52,835 nt of DNA from an uncultured Bacillota bacterium (GCA_937888735.1 CALASN010000008.1:1-52835), one strand, 5' to 3'. Positions 38,597-49,237 are shown, counted from the stretch's first letter. Program-made: numbers and translations. The notes: generated from the sequence alone by a model not told the origin.

Positions 38597-40164
38597 CAAC
38601 AATCGGAGGCAACATTCTTTACCGTGCTGACGAAAACCTTCACCAGCTCTGGATCAAACTGGGTGCCAGCGCATTTTTCCAGTTCCAGCAAGGCCTCCTG
38701 GCCGCTGACAGCCGGGCAATAAATTCTCCCTTGCGTCATCACATCAAAGGCATCCACAACTGCTATGAGCCTCGCTAGAGGCGGGATCTGGGTTCCTTTT
38801 AGGCCCCTAGGATAGCCTTCCCCATCCCAACGTTCATGGTGGGAAAGGATTTCCTCTGCGACGGAGGAAAGCTCCGGAATGGAGCGGGCAATCCGATAGC
38901 CCACGGACGGGTGATTTTTGATGGCCTCTATTTCCTTGGAAGTCAAAGCGCCGGTTTCCCGCAGAATTTTCGCTGGTACGGAAATTTTGCCCAAATCGTG
39001 AAACAAAGCCAGAAGGCGCAGTTTAGTGAGTTGGACGCGGGATAGCCCCATGGCTCGCCCCATCGATATTGAAAGCTCATACAGCCGCTGGCTATGCTGC
39101 TGTGTTTCAAAGGCAGACTCTGCCAATAAATTCTGCAGGACTTTCAGGATTAAATTATGGCGGCTCCCGCTTTCAAAGAGCTTGTTTTGTTCCATGATTG
39201 CTTCCGCTTCCGCCATAATTTGTCTCAAGTGTTGAGTCTGTGCGGTTTTCGTGGCAATCCCCAGCGCGATGGTCTCCTCCTTGCCGTTTTCGGCATTATC
39301 TTTAATCCAGTCAGCCAGTATTTCAGCTTCGGCGTAAGAAGTCTGCGGCAAAGCTAGGACAAACTCATCCTCGCCCCAGCGGGCGATTAAATCCTCTTCT
39401 CTGCAGCACGCCTGCAGAACTTCCGTGATCCGGAGCAAACTTTCATCTCCACGGCTATAGCCGAAACGACGATTGATCCGTTTGAGTCCGTTCACATCGC
39501 AGACAATGATGCTCACTGGCAGTTTGTCATTAGAATCGAGAGCCAGCTGCCGCTCAAAAAAGCCGCGGCTATAGAGCTTTGTCAGCTCGTCTTGATTGTC
39601 AAGCTCTCCTTTTATGGTTCCCTGCGCGACGGCTCTGCAGATGATCACGATTTCTGCGGTCATCCCGTCTTCCGCGCGACTGGCCTTGCCGATGGTTTCC
39701 ATCCAGAGATCCTGTCCCCGACGATGCTGGAAACGAAACTTGGCTCTTTCCGCGGAGCCCGTCTTAACAATAAGCTGGAGATAGCGCTTCATCTGCGCTC
39801 TGTCCTGCGGATGAAGCAACACAAAACAACTCTCGCCCTTAAGCGACTCCGGCTCATAACCCAGCTCCCGGCACGCAGAGTTCAGCTGCCTGAACGTGCC
39901 GTCTGGCTCAACAAGCCACACCATCTCGTTGCTCTGACCGCAAATCAGCTGCAAGAGCATCCGGCTTGCCTGGAGTTGGCGCTTGCTCTGATCCTGCGCG
40001 GCCAACAGCTCATTGATCTTCTGAGCTAAATTCGCGCTCTCCCAGTCGCCGGTTTCTGCTACCCGCATTGCGAAGTCTTGCTTCTCCCAGATTTGATCCA
40101 GCTCAGCTCTCAGCTGTAGAAGCCGACGTCGCTCCTTAATGATAATGTAAGCGAGGCTTACCAC
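38596..40164 (-). CDS. PAS-GGDEF-HD-GYP c-di-GMP signalling protein
   Basis: PAS (LHPQD), DELTKL, DVNGLK, RWGEDEF, HDLGK, HHERWDGEGYP; the true start may be CTG at 40188. Confidence 0.9.
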   Translation of the reverse strand: MVSLAYIIIKERRRLLQLRAELDQIWEKQDFAMRVAETGDWESANLAQKINELLAAQDQSKRQLQASRMLLQLICGQSNEMVWLVEPDGTFRQLNSACRELGYEPESLKGESCFVLLHPQDRAQMKRYLQLIVKTGSAERAKFRFQHRRGQDLWMETIGKASRAEDGMTAEIVIICRAVAQGTIKGELDNQDELTKLYSRGFFERQLALDSNDKLPVSIIVCDVNGLKRINRRFGYSRGDESLLRITEVLQACCREEDLIARWGEDEFVLALPQTSYAEAEILADWIKDNAENGKEETIALGIATKTAQTQHLRQIMAEAEAIMEQNKLFESGSRHNLILKVLQNLLAESAFETQQHSQRLYELSISMGRAMGLSRVQLTKLRLLALFHDLGKISVPAKILRETGALTSKEIEAIKNHPSVGYRIARSIPELSSVAEEILSHHERWDGEGYPRGLKGTQIPPLARLIAVVDAFDVMTQGRIYCPAVSGQEALLELEKCAGTQFDPELVKVFVSTVKNVASDC

Positions 40165-40222
40165 AATTAAAGAAAGAATCGCGCTCAGAATAACCCCTCC
40201 TTCTGCTGCAAATCTATCTTCA

Positions 40223-40693
40223 TTAAATCAGCAAGGGTTGAGATGCCACTTTCACTTCGCCTGTAGCCGCATCTGCCTGAATGCTTCTTGAAATATTCCC
40301 TCCAACATCGGTATGACAAAGCTTTAAATTCATCCGACTCAACGTTGCTTTCACCATAGCGACGTTTTGGCTGCCAATGTGAAAAACGTCGTCTTGCCGC
40401 ACAGACATAGCGCCCCCGAAGAGTTTAAGCTCAAGCTCTTCCTTCTCGCACCCATACCGGATGCATGCTTTCTCCAACAGCATCACCACCGCCGTATCCG
40501 CATAATAGGCGGGGTTCACCTTTAGTTCGCTAGGGGCGATCTTCGAACTTGGCAGCGCAATATGCACCATGCCCAAAACTTTCTGAGGACTGTAGACTGT
40601 CAGGGCCACGCAAGAAGAGAGCGCAAATGTTTTCAAAACGTCAGCTGCATTGTTGGTGATGGCGTACTGGCCAATGCCAATGATTTTATCCAT
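40223..40693 (-). CDS. cheD: Chemoreceptor glutamine deamidase CheD
   Basis: KTFALSSCVA, GMVHIALP, YADTAV, KLFGGA, IGSQN, DVGG. Confidence 0.9.
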   Translation of the reverse strand: MDKIIGIGQYAITNNAADVLKTFALSSCVALTVYSPQKVLGMVHIALPSSKIAPSELKVNPAYYADTAVVMLLEKACIRYGCEKEELELKLFGGAMSVRQDDVFHIGSQNVAMVKATLSRMNLKLCHTDVGGNISRSIQADAATGEVKVASQPLLI

Positions 40694-41640
40694 GCAGCCA
40701 AGCGGAAATCAGCGGCGGGATCTCCTCCAGGCTCGCTTGTCTCTCCACAGCTCCGAGATTGAAAGCGGCTTTTGGCATCCCGTAGACCACGCACGACTGT
40801 TCGTCCTGGCCGATAGTCTTGGCGCCTTTCTCTCTCATGGCAAGTAATCCTTTGGCGCCGTCGGAGCCCATGCCGGTGAGGATCACGCCCAGCGCCCTGC
40901 CGCCGAAACGCTCTGCCACCGAATTGAACAGCACGTCCACCGAAGGACAATGACCATTGACTTTCTCTGCCTGAAAGCATTCGGCAAGATATCCTCCCTT
41001 GGCGTCTTTCTTGACCCGCAGGTGATAGCTGCCGGGTGCAATCAAAACCAATCCCGGATAGAGCTCGTCCCCATTTTTGGCCTCCCGAACCTCCACAGCG
41101 CAGACGCTGTCCAAGCGCTCCGCATAGAGCCTGGTAAAGACGGGGGGCATATGCTGCACAACTAAAGTGCACTGCTTCCGTTCCTCCGGTGGAGGAACCG
41201 ATGGCGATGATCCGCTTCTGCGCTGCCTTTATGTCTCCGGATGCTGCCTTTACTTTTGCTGATGCGGCAATCTTCAGCTTAACGATCAGCTCGCCGAGGA
41301 AGGCTTCAACTTTTTCGCCGCTGGCTTGCGGCTTTGTGACCACATCGACCGCCCCGTACTTGAGAGCTTCAAACACTTTTTCATTAACGGCGCTTACGAC
41401 TACCACTGGCAGGGGATACTGCGGCAAGAGCCGTTTGAGAAATTCAATGCCGTCCATTTTGGGCATTTCCACGTCAAGAGTCATTACATCGGGGTGAAAT
41501 TTTAAGATTTTATCCCGAGCCTCAAAGGGATCCGCGGCGCTTGCCACCACCTCTAAAAGCGGATCCTGTTCGATTCCTCTGGTAACAACTTCGCGGAAAA
41601 GCAGCGAGTCATCTACCACAAGTACTTTAATTTTTCCCAT
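40686..41640 (-). pseudogene. cheB: Chemotaxis methylesterase CheB, frameshifted by an internal deletion
   Basis: REC domain and GSSTGGTEA in one frame; VVQHMP, HCPSVDVLF and GMGSDG in another; the helix normally between them is missing near 41165. Confidence 0.88.
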
Positions 41641-41643
41641 ATC

Positions 41644-42456
41644 TTATTCCTTCCTGTAGATAGCCGGCATCACATACTTATAACCGAACCGATCCCTAGT
41701 GAGACTTTCCGAGTGTCCGACGAAAAGGTAACCGCCGGGCTCCGTAAACTCATAGAACCTTTTCACCAATTCCGCTTTCGTTTTGGCATCGAAATAGATC
41801 ATCACATTGCGGCAGAAAATCGCCTGAAACTTGCGCTTGAACGGAAACACCGGATTTATGAGATTAAACTTGCGATAGATAACCTCGTTTCTAATCTTAT
41901 CGCTGAGGACGCTGTTTTGCGCGTCGTATTTTTTAAAATAATTTAATCTCCACTGAGCAGGCAGCTTGGCGAGCTTCTCATCGCTATAGACGCCGGCTTT
42001 GGCAATTTCAAGCATCTGGGAAGAGATGTCTGTGGCCAAAAGCTTTGCATCCCACCAGACGATCTCTTTCCCCAGAAAATCGTAGATGATCATGGCCAAA
42101 GTGTACGGTTCTTCTCCGGAAGAGCAGCCTGCGCTCCAGATCCGCAGATCTTTGTCTTTGGCGGTCTTGACCAAATCCGGCAAGACAGTACTCTTGAAAT
42201 AACGGAAATGGTCCGCCTCTCTCATGAAATAAGTGTGATTAGTGGTTATTCTGTCGATCAGAGTGACTACCTCCGCTCCGGAATCAGCTAGCAACTGCTG
42301 ATAGTACTCCGAAAAACTGCCGAGTTTCTTCTGCGCCAGCACGTTTTGCAGCCTGCCCAAAAGCAACGTGCGTTTTTCTTCCTTCAAGTTAATGCCGTAA
42401 TTGGTTTTGATGAACGCCGTTAATTTCCTGAACTCGTCGTCGGTTATGGTAAGCAT
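41644..42456 (-). CDS. cheR: Chemotaxis methyltransferase CheR
   Basis: TTNHTYFMRE, IWSAGCSSGEEPY, ATDIS, IFCRNVMIYF, GHSES. Confidence 0.95.
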   Translation of the reverse strand: MLTITDDEFRKLTAFIKTNYGINLKEEKRTLLLGRLQNVLAQKKLGSFSEYYQQLLADSGAEVVTLIDRITTNHTYFMREADHFRYFKSTVLPDLVKTAKDKDLRIWSAGCSSGEEPYTLAMIIYDFLGKEIVWWDAKLLATDISSQMLEIAKAGVYSDEKLAKLPAQWRLNYFKKYDAQNSVLSDKIRNEVIYRKFNLINPVFPFKRKFQAIFCRNVMIYFDAKTKAELVKRFYEFTEPGGYLFVGHSESLTRDRFGYKYVMPAIYRKE

Positions 42457-42483
42457 TTTTTCTCCTGTTGGCAGCTGCGCACT

Positions 42484-44571
42484 TTAATACTTACCGAACT
42501 CCTTATCGCTCAAATTGATTTTCTGGCTTGCCGCTGCAGCCTCTTTCTTCGCTGCGGCACTCTGGTCCGGCTCCTTTTTCTTTTCAACTGTAAGCGCCTT
42601 GCGCGTTCCCTTGTCTTCCCCTTGCTTCTGCGCGTTTTTGATCTTAAACTGTCCCACCGCTTCTCTCAGCAGGGCAGCCTGGCTGGCCAATTCCTCGCTG
42701 GCAGCCGCGCCTTCCTCCGAAGTGGCGGAATTTGTCTGCACGACCTGGGACACCTGCATGATTCCCTGGTTGATCTGCTCGATTCCCGCAGCCTGTTCAT
42801 TGGAGGCGGCCGCTATATCGCCCACCAGAGACGCGGCTTTGGCCACCGCTTCCACGATTTTGCCCAGTTCCTCTGCGGTTTTGTTGGCGATTTTCGTACC
42901 GCCTTCAACCTTCTTAATGGAGTCCTCAATCATCTCGGTTGTCTCTTTGGCGGCGTCAGCAGATCTGGCGGCTAGGTTTCTCACCTCTTCGGCCACTACG
43001 GCAAAGCCTTTGCCGTGCTGTCCGGCCCTGGCAGCCTCAACCGCCGCATTGAGAGCCAAAATATTCGTCTGGAACGCGATATCGTCAATGACCTTGATGA
43101 TCTTGGAAATGCTGGTGGAAGAATCATTGATCTGTTGCATTGCCGTGAGCATCGCCTGCATCTGGCCGTTGCCGGCTTCGGCATTGGTCTTAGCGACTGC
43201 AGCCAAATCGCTGGCCTGGGTGGCATTCTGCGCGTTAAGTTTCGTCTGGGAAGAGATTTCCTCCACGGAAGAAGTCAGCTCCTCAATTGAACTGGCTTGT
43301 TCGGTAGCTCCCTGAGATAGGACCATACTTGATTCCGATACTTGTTTGGCGCCTGCGGAAACTTGCTCCGCGGCAGCATTGATATCTCCCAAGACTTCAT
43401 TAAAGGAAGCGACGGTGTTATTAACCGAATTCTTTATCACTGCGTGATCGCCTTTATAAGCTCCTTCCATACTCACCTGGAGATTCCCTTTAGCCACTTC
43501 TTCCAGAGTTAAAGTTGCCTCGCCTATGGGCTGCAAGAGCACATCCAAAGTCTGATTGACGCCGCCGACGATTTCCTGATAATCTCCCTGGAAGCTTTGC
43601 ACATCGCCCCGCAGCGAGAGATTCCCAGCTTCGGCTGCGTCTGCTAACTTGTGCATCTCAGAGATCAAGTCCTTCAGGGTCTGCCGTAACTTCGCCAGAC
43701 TTAGATTTAGAACGTCTTTATCAGACTTTACGGAAAGATCAAAGCTTAAATCACCTGCCGCTATGTTCTCAACCACCGAAGCCTGCTGCTTGATATTGTC
43801 GATCATTAGCCCAAATGAGCTGGCTAAGGTGCCGATCTCGTCTTTGGAGTCCGCCTGGACGCTTACCTCCACATCGCCTTTAGCCAGCTTCTCTGCCGCG
43901 TCAAGCATTTTTGCGATTGGCCTGCCGATCATGCGCGACAGAAAAACGCCCAAGAGTATGGCTACAAGCATGGCGATGATGATCACCGCGATCATGGTCG
44001 CCTCTGCTCGATCTGCCAGCGCTATATTGGCGTTGGACCTGTCTTTGGCCCCTTTCGCATTATAAGCCATCAAATTATTAAAGCCGTCGCGCAGCGGCTC
44101 TCCTGCCGCAGTCAGTTCACCATAAACTAATTCCCTGACTTGTTGATTTTTTCCTGCTCGCTCATAATTGATCACATTGGCAACTAGAGCGTTGTAATTG
44201 CCCCATTGCGTTTTCATCTTGCTAAACAACTGACTGTCTTGCTCGTCTACGATTCCCTTCTCATATGCTTTGAGATATTCATCGACTTTGGCCGCGGAAC
44301 TTTGGATGCCGTCAAGACATTCATTTCTCTGCTCTGCGTCGCTGACTGTCAATGACTGTAAGACGCTAAACCTAACGTTCTGAAAATACAAAGCGGCAAA
44401 GCCCGCGTTATCCAAACCGGATACGTTTTCCGCATACAAGTCATGATCTGAGCTTTTGATGGCATTCAGATTTAAGATGCCGACGTAACCCACCACTGCC
44501 GCCAGCACAGCTACAATGAGAAAGCCTACAAGCAGCTTGGTTCCAATTTTCAAATCAGAAAATCTCTTCAT
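42484..44571 (-). CDS. Methyl-accepting chemotaxis protein (four-helix sensor, HAMP domains)
   Basis: Two TM segments; [37 protein letters not shown]; C-terminal EFGKY. Confidence 0.96.
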   Translation of the reverse strand: MKRFSDLKIGTKLLVGFLIVAVLAAVVGYVGILNLNAIKSSDHDLYAENVSGLDNAGFAALYFQNVRFSVLQSLTVSDAEQRNECLDGIQSSAAKVDEYLKAYEKGIVDEQDSQLFSKMKTQWGNYNALVANVINYERAGKNQQVRELVYGELTAAGEPLRDGFNNLMAYNAKGAKDRSNANIALADRAEATMIAVIIIAMLVAILLGVFLSRMIGRPIAKMLDAAEKLAKGDVEVSVQADSKDEIGTLASSFGLMIDNIKQQASVVENIAAGDLSFDLSVKSDKDVLNLSLAKLRQTLKDLISEMHKLADAAEAGNLSLRGDVQSFQGDYQEIVGGVNQTLDVLLQPIGEATLTLEEVAKGNLQVSMEGAYKGDHAVIKNSVNNTVASFNEVLGDINAAAEQVSAGAKQVSESSMVLSQGATEQASSIEELTSSVEEISSQTKLNAQNATQASDLAAVAKTNAEAGNGQMQAMLTAMQQINDSSTSISKIIKVIDDIAFQTNILALNAAVEAARAGQHGKGFAVVAEEVRNLAARSADAAKETTEMIEDSIKKVEGGTKIANKTAEELGKIVEAVAKAASLVGDIAAASNEQAAGIEQINQGIMQVSQVVQTNSATSEEGAAASEELASQAALLREAVGQFKIKNAQKQGEDKGTRKALTVEKKKEPDQSAAAKKEAAAASQKINLSDKEFGKY

Positions 44572-44607
44572 GTCCTTCTCCCCCTCGTTTTTTACCGGCC
44601 AGGCGAA

Positions 44608-45105
44608 TCAATTTTCGCCTGCCTGGCTGATTTGCTCAAGCTCGTCGTCGTTCAGCAATTTCTCGCAGTCTAAAATTAGCTTCACGCTGCTGTCCACCTT
44701 GCCGATGCCTTTGATGTATCTTTGGTAGTAGCTGCCAACCTTTGGAGGAGGCACCACGTTTTCCTGAGGAATTGAAAGCACCTCCGAGACAGTGTCCACA
44801 ATCAGACCGATGGCCACATCCCCCACTTCAATGACAATGGTACAGGTCCTGTCGTTATACTCCCTAAATTCCTTCTTGAACCTGAGCCTCACATCCAACA
44901 CGGGAATGATTTTTCCCCGCAAGTTAATGATCCCTTTTATGTAGGCGGGAAGCTCCGGCACCTCGGTGATAGCCTGGATGCCGACGATCTCGATCACGTA
45001 GCCGATGGGAATGCCATATTCCTCAGCGCCCAGAGAAAAAGTCAGATACTTGTCCTTTTGGGTGTCTTCTTCCTCAGTTGTCTTCAGTTCCGCGTTTTCT
45101 GCCAT
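44608..45105 (-). CDS. cheW: Chemotaxis coupling protein CheW
   Basis: YLTFSLG.EEYG, GIINLRGKIIPV, GLIVD.V.EV. Confidence 0.95.
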   Translation of the reverse strand: MAENAELKTTEEEDTQKDKYLTFSLGAEEYGIPIGYVIEIVGIQAITEVPELPAYIKGIINLRGKIIPVLDVRLRFKKEFREYNDRTCTIVIEVGDVAIGLIVDTVSEVLSIPQENVVPPPKVGSYYQRYIKGIGKVDSSVKLILDCEKLLNDDELEQISQAGEN

Positions 45106-45128
45106 ATCTCCCACTCCTTTCGTCTTTT

Positions 45129-47096
45129 TTATGCGCTTGCCACCAGCGCGGCTGGGTCGAGAATTAAGCTCACCTTCCCGTCCCCCGACAAAGTACAGCC
45201 TGAGAGACCGCGAACTCTTTTTATATATTTGGGCAACGCTTTCACCACCACTTGCTGTTCTCCCACCAGAGCGTCTGCAAAAAGGCAGACGGCTTGATCG
45301 TCGTTCTCAACCACAATGATGATTCCCTCCGTGATTTCACGGACAGATGTTTCAATCTGATAATACTGGTGGAGCCGCAGGACTTGGTAACAATCGCCGC
45401 GAATCATCAGCAATTCGTTGCCCTGGGGATCTACGATGAGATCTCTCTCCTTGGGCCTGAAAGCTTCACGAATGGAGGTGATGGGGATGGTGAATTGACA
45501 ATTGCCGACCTTGATGTTCATACCGCCGATAATGGCCAGGGTCAACGGAATTTTGATGGCAACGGCTGTTCCCTTGTCCGGTTTGCTGTCCACGCTCACA
45601 GCGCCGCCGATCTTTTCGATGTTTTTCTTCACTATGTCCATGCCCACGCCGCGGCCGGAAAACTCGGTTACTTTATCATTGGTGGAAAACCCCGGCAAAA
45701 AAATGAAGGAAAAGATCTCCTGATCCTGCAGCTGACTTTCTGGCTTTTTAAGCAGGCCGTTCTTTTTTGCCCGCGCCAAAATCTGTGTGCGATCTAGTCC
45801 CCTGCCGTCGTCTCTGATGATCACCAGGACATCGCCGCCGGCGTTTTTCGCCTCCAAAGTGATCTTACCTTGCTCCGGCTTTCCCTTGGCGAGCCTCTCT
45901 GGGGCTGCTTCAATGCCGTGATCTATGGAGTTTCTGATGATGTGGATTAACGGATCCGCCAAGTGCTCCAACACGTTTTTGTCAACTTCGGTTTCCGCGC
46001 CTATGATTTCGAGCTCTACGTTCTTATCAAGCTTACGGCACATGTCCCGGACGATTCTGTTCAGTTTCTGAAATGTCGCGACCAGCGGCACCATGCGGAT
46101 GGCCATGACTATGTCCTGTAATTCGTCGATGATTTTGCGCAGCTGTCTGGCAGCCTTGCTGAAATTTTCCAGCTGCAGCCCGTTGAGATCTGAGTTTTGC
46201 GTCACCATGGCCTCAGAGATCACAAGTTCGCCGATTAAGTCCATCAGCTGATCCAGCTTTAAAATGTTGACGCTGATCACGTTCTGCATTAAAGCTTGCG
46301 CATAGTTTCCTTGAACTTTGGTCATCTTGCCGGCGAGAGCTGTCTGCGCTTTCGGGCTTATTTCCTCTAAATCCAAACTTTTCAAAAACGCGGTCTCCTG
46401 CAAAAGCTGACGGATCGTCTCCAAGGAGCTGTCCGAACCGAATGTGAGCTTAAATCCTCTCTGGCGGATGACTTTTTCAGCTTGCTCGCCGTCATTGAGA
46501 TCTGCCGGCCAATATTCTAGCGCGCAAACCAGCTCCTTGAGTTTCTTGAGAACCATAAATGCCCTGACGCTGACCATTTCACAATCATCCGCAAAGAAAA
46601 GAACAGCCTTATACCTATGTTCTGCGCAACGCTCTTCCCTGCCGGTCTCAAGATAACGCTGGATCTTTCCTTCTTCCCCTAAAGGTGCAGTATTTTTTAA
46701 GTTGGCCAGAAAAGAATGCATTTCCTCAATCAGCGCGCTGGAATCCGCATCCGAAGCTTGTCCGCCTTCTAACTTTACCAATTCGCCTTTAATGAAGTCC
46801 GCTCCCTGCAAAATCAGATCGGCAAGCTTTGGATAATCGATTCCTTCCGGCTTGTTCTCACGGATAAAAAAGAATAAATCCTCGATGGCATGGGCTAATT
46901 GTGAAATATTGTCGTACCTCATCATGGCGGCTGAGCCTTTTATGGTATGCATGATTCTGAAGAGCTCGTTTAGCTTTTCTGTGGAAAGCGAGGCTGCCTG
47001 CTCGCTGCTGAGGATCATCATTTCAAGCCGTTCCAACAGCTGATTGGTCTCATAAACAAACATCTCGAGCATTTGTTCCTGTGTTAATTTAGCCAC
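45129..47096 (-). CDS. cheA: Chemotaxis histidine kinase CheA
   Basis: Hpt FRIMHTIKG, LDQLMDLIGELV, HIIRNSIDHG, DDGRG, SGRGVGMD, C-terminal CheW-like domain. Confidence 0.96.
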   Translation of the reverse strand: MAKLTQEQMLEMFVYETNQLLERLEMMILSSEQAASLSTEKLNELFRIMHTIKGSAAMMRYDNISQLAHAIEDLFFFIRENKPEGIDYPKLADLILQGADFIKGELVKLEGGQASDADSSALIEEMHSFLANLKNTAPLGEEGKIQRYLETGREERCAEHRYKAVLFFADDCEMVSVRAFMVLKKLKELVCALEYWPADLNDGEQAEKVIRQRGFKLTFGSDSSLETIRQLLQETAFLKSLDLEEISPKAQTALAGKMTKVQGNYAQALMQNVISVNILKLDQLMDLIGELVISEAMVTQNSDLNGLQLENFSKAARQLRKIIDELQDIVMAIRMVPLVATFQKLNRIVRDMCRKLDKNVELEIIGAETEVDKNVLEHLADPLIHIIRNSIDHGIEAAPERLAKGKPEQGKITLEAKNAGGDVLVIIRDDGRGLDRTQILARAKKNGLLKKPESQLQDQEIFSFIFLPGFSTNDKVTEFSGRGVGMDIVKKNIEKIGGAVSVDSKPDKGTAVAIKIPLTLAIIGGMNIKVGNCQFTIPITSIREAFRPKERDLIVDPQGNELLMIRGDCYQVLRLHQYYQIETSVREITEGIIIVVENDDQAVCLFADALVGEQQVVVKALPKYIKRVRGLSGCTLSGDGKVSLILDPAALVASA

Positions 47097-47364
47097 CTAA
47101 TTCCCCCCTAATAATCACCTAAGCAGCACAAAATAACTCATAAGCACGAATTTTTTTAAAATAATGATCATTCATCCACAGAAAAACAAACTTCGTCAGA
47201 AAGAACAATGCAGACGCAGACAACTTACACAGCATTATGGCAGGTTGAAGCGGAAGGACAGCAGGAAAGATTTAAGCGCCTCTTAATGCAAGCTCATATT
47301 TCCTCTCGAGGTTGCGCAGTGAACTTCGCGGCGAGATCATGATCCTAGAGTCACTACTCATTTA

Positions 47365-47392
47365 TTATCGTCTATCTTGCCAAACGAATTAA
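47365..47392 (-). promoter_or_regulatory. Sigma-28 (SigD/FliA)-like promoter for the che operon
   Basis: TAAT-N15-GACGATAA on the minus strand versus consensus TAAA-N15-GCCGATAA. Confidence 0.55.
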
Positions 47393-47535
47393 GTAAAATG
47401 AAGAATAAATTTAGTTTGCCAAAAGAATAAAAATAATTACTCGCTAAATTTTTAAAAAGGGCATTTTTCCCAAAAATCAGTAAACATTTCAGAAATTGGC
47501 AACTTCTTCTTCACAATGCTTAGTTCCTGGATCTT

Positions 47536-47567
47536 AAAAGAGGGCAGAGCGAATGCTCTGCCCTCTT
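47536..47567 (-). terminator. Rho-independent terminator downstream of the porin-like gene
   Basis: AAGAGGGCAGAGC-4 nt-GCTCTGCCCTCTT stem ending in TTTT on the minus strand. Confidence 0.82.
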
Positions 47568-47716
47568 AGCTGTTGTGAGTTTTTTAGTGCAAATCTTGCT
47601 GCTGACAGGTTGGATTCCTTGATTTTAATTTAGTTTAGCTTCTGCTGCGATTAAGCTTTCAATTCTGGTTAGATTTTGCTCAGTTCATTGCTACATCTGT
47701 GCTCGGATATCAATTA

Positions 47717-48772
47717 TTAGAATGCTACAGTCATTCCCACGCGAGCCTGGGCGCCTGCTTCACTGTTGTACAGGGCCTCTACGCCAAGACCGTTAGGCGC
47801 GCGATAAGCGGCCTGTGCTTCATGCTCCATCTCGCCGCCGTCCGGCAGTGTGAGCTCATAGCTGGCATCAATGGTGTTGCCGGCCAGGTTCATCTCTTTA
47901 GCAGCGCCGAAGCGAACGGCGTCTTGACGGATTCCTGAGTCGATCCACTCATAGCGATCCACATCTGCGGAGAACACTAGGCCGTAAGCGCTGGTGCGCA
48001 CACCCGCGGTGTAACCGCGCAGGCCAAGGTATTCTGCCACTGGATTGCTGTCCTCATAGAATGAATCCACGTCCGGGTTAAGCCATTTGGCATTGTAGGT
48101 TGGATCGAAAGAACGATATCCGGCCACCAACTGAAGCTGCGGAGTGATGCTGTAGCCGCCGTCGATCTTCACGATATCCGAACCGTCGGCTGTGGCGTAG
48201 GTTCCGACGAGCTGCGCTCCCGGCAGAGGTGAGATTTGACCTGTGATGTCTATGGCCTGCTGATCTTCATCGGTAACAAAAGTCCCTGCGAGGTTCAGCT
48301 GATCCAAGTTAGCCTCTACCTTGCCGCCTAAAGTCTTGTCCACAGTGTAGAAAAGCGCTCCTGAGAGAGGTCCGTTCTTGAAGCCCTCAAAGCTGATGCC
48401 ATCTACGCTGTCATCGCGTCCGATCCAAGCCACATACGGAGAGTAGTTGAAGCGAAGTCCGCCGATGGTCGTGACAACCTGAGAGCCGCCGTTCCACAGC
48501 GAACCGAGCCGCTGCAGATAGCCGCGCTGGAACTGGTCAAGCTTCAAGCCGTCGAAAAACGTCTGGGTATTGCCCAGCTGAAGCTCTACTCCGGCGCGAG
48601 TCCTAGCGTCAAAGCCAAGTGAAACATTTGCCTGATTTTCAACAGTCGTTGGTCCATACTGCCCCCAGTCGCCTTCCAGCTGCAGAGTTCCTCCCACTGT
48701 GGGAAGAGCAAGGGCCGGTACGGCTAAGGCCAGCAATGCTGCGATACTTAGCATGAAAGCTACTTTTTTCAT
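47717..48772 (-). CDS. Secreted porin-like putative outer-membrane beta-barrel protein
   Basis: Signal peptide MKKVAFMLSIAALLALAVPALA, Gly/Tyr-rich alternating strands, C-terminal VGMTVAF; own terminator and long leader. Confidence 0.65.
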   Translation of the reverse strand: MKKVAFMLSIAALLALAVPALALPTVGGTLQLEGDWGQYGPTTVENQANVSLGFDARTRAGVELQLGNTQTFFDGLKLDQFQRGYLQRLGSLWNGGSQVVTTIGGLRFNYSPYVAWIGRDDSVDGISFEGFKNGPLSGALFYTVDKTLGGKVEANLDQLNLAGTFVTDEDQQAIDITGQISPLPGAQLVGTYATADGSDIVKIDGGYSITPQLQLVAGYRSFDPTYNAKWLNPDVDSFYEDSNPVAEYLGLRGYTAGVRTSAYGLVFSADVDRYEWIDSGIRQDAVRFGAAKEMNLAGNTIDASYELTLPDGGEMEHEAQAAYRAPNGLGVEALYNSEAGAQARVGMTVAF

Positions 48773-49184
48773 TACGTGATATCCCCCTAGCAAGTTTAGA
48801 GTTTTTTGCTGCGTTTACTGCTGCATGCTGCGATCGTTGCTGCGAAGGGGAAACGGGTAAGCATTTCCATGTTACCTTATCCTTTTCCCACTAGCTGTAG
48901 TTCTTAGTGCTCTCACCAACAGTGCCGCCGGATTGCTGGGGATTCACCTCCTTTCCTGATCCAGCTTCCTGCGGTGAGAAGAGCTTTTCTAGCTCACAAA
49001 CAAAGATTTCGCTTTCTAGCTCTGAAATCCTCCTGCTTACTACGTTGTAAATATTGGAAGGAACGACACCCACCAACACGTTGGTTAATCATTTTTGCTA
49101 TGAGTTTGCCCATCGGCAAAAAACAAGGAGAACTTTAATTTGACCAGCTTCTTCGGAGGGAACGTTCTCGTATCCAGCGATAAT

Positions 49185-49237
49185 ATCGAAGTTGATAATC
49201 GGTTTAGCCTCTGCTTAATTACTTCTTCATTAACCAT
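49185..49237 (-). pseudogene. 5' remnant of a HEPN/DUF86 (HepT-like) toxin gene
   Basis: MVNEEVIKQRLNRLSTSI directly after the MNT gene; no Rx4H HEPN motif follows. Confidence 0.45.

Noticed and set aside
42515-43315. 266-aa plus-strand ORF
   Set aside because: Antisense shadow of the conserved MCP signalling domain; low-complexity Ser/Ala translation
47100-47360. c-di-GMP riboswitch in the long cheA leader
   Set aside because: I could not find the GEMM-I (GCAAA/GAAA/GCAAAG) or GEMM-II elements; an Infernal search would be needed
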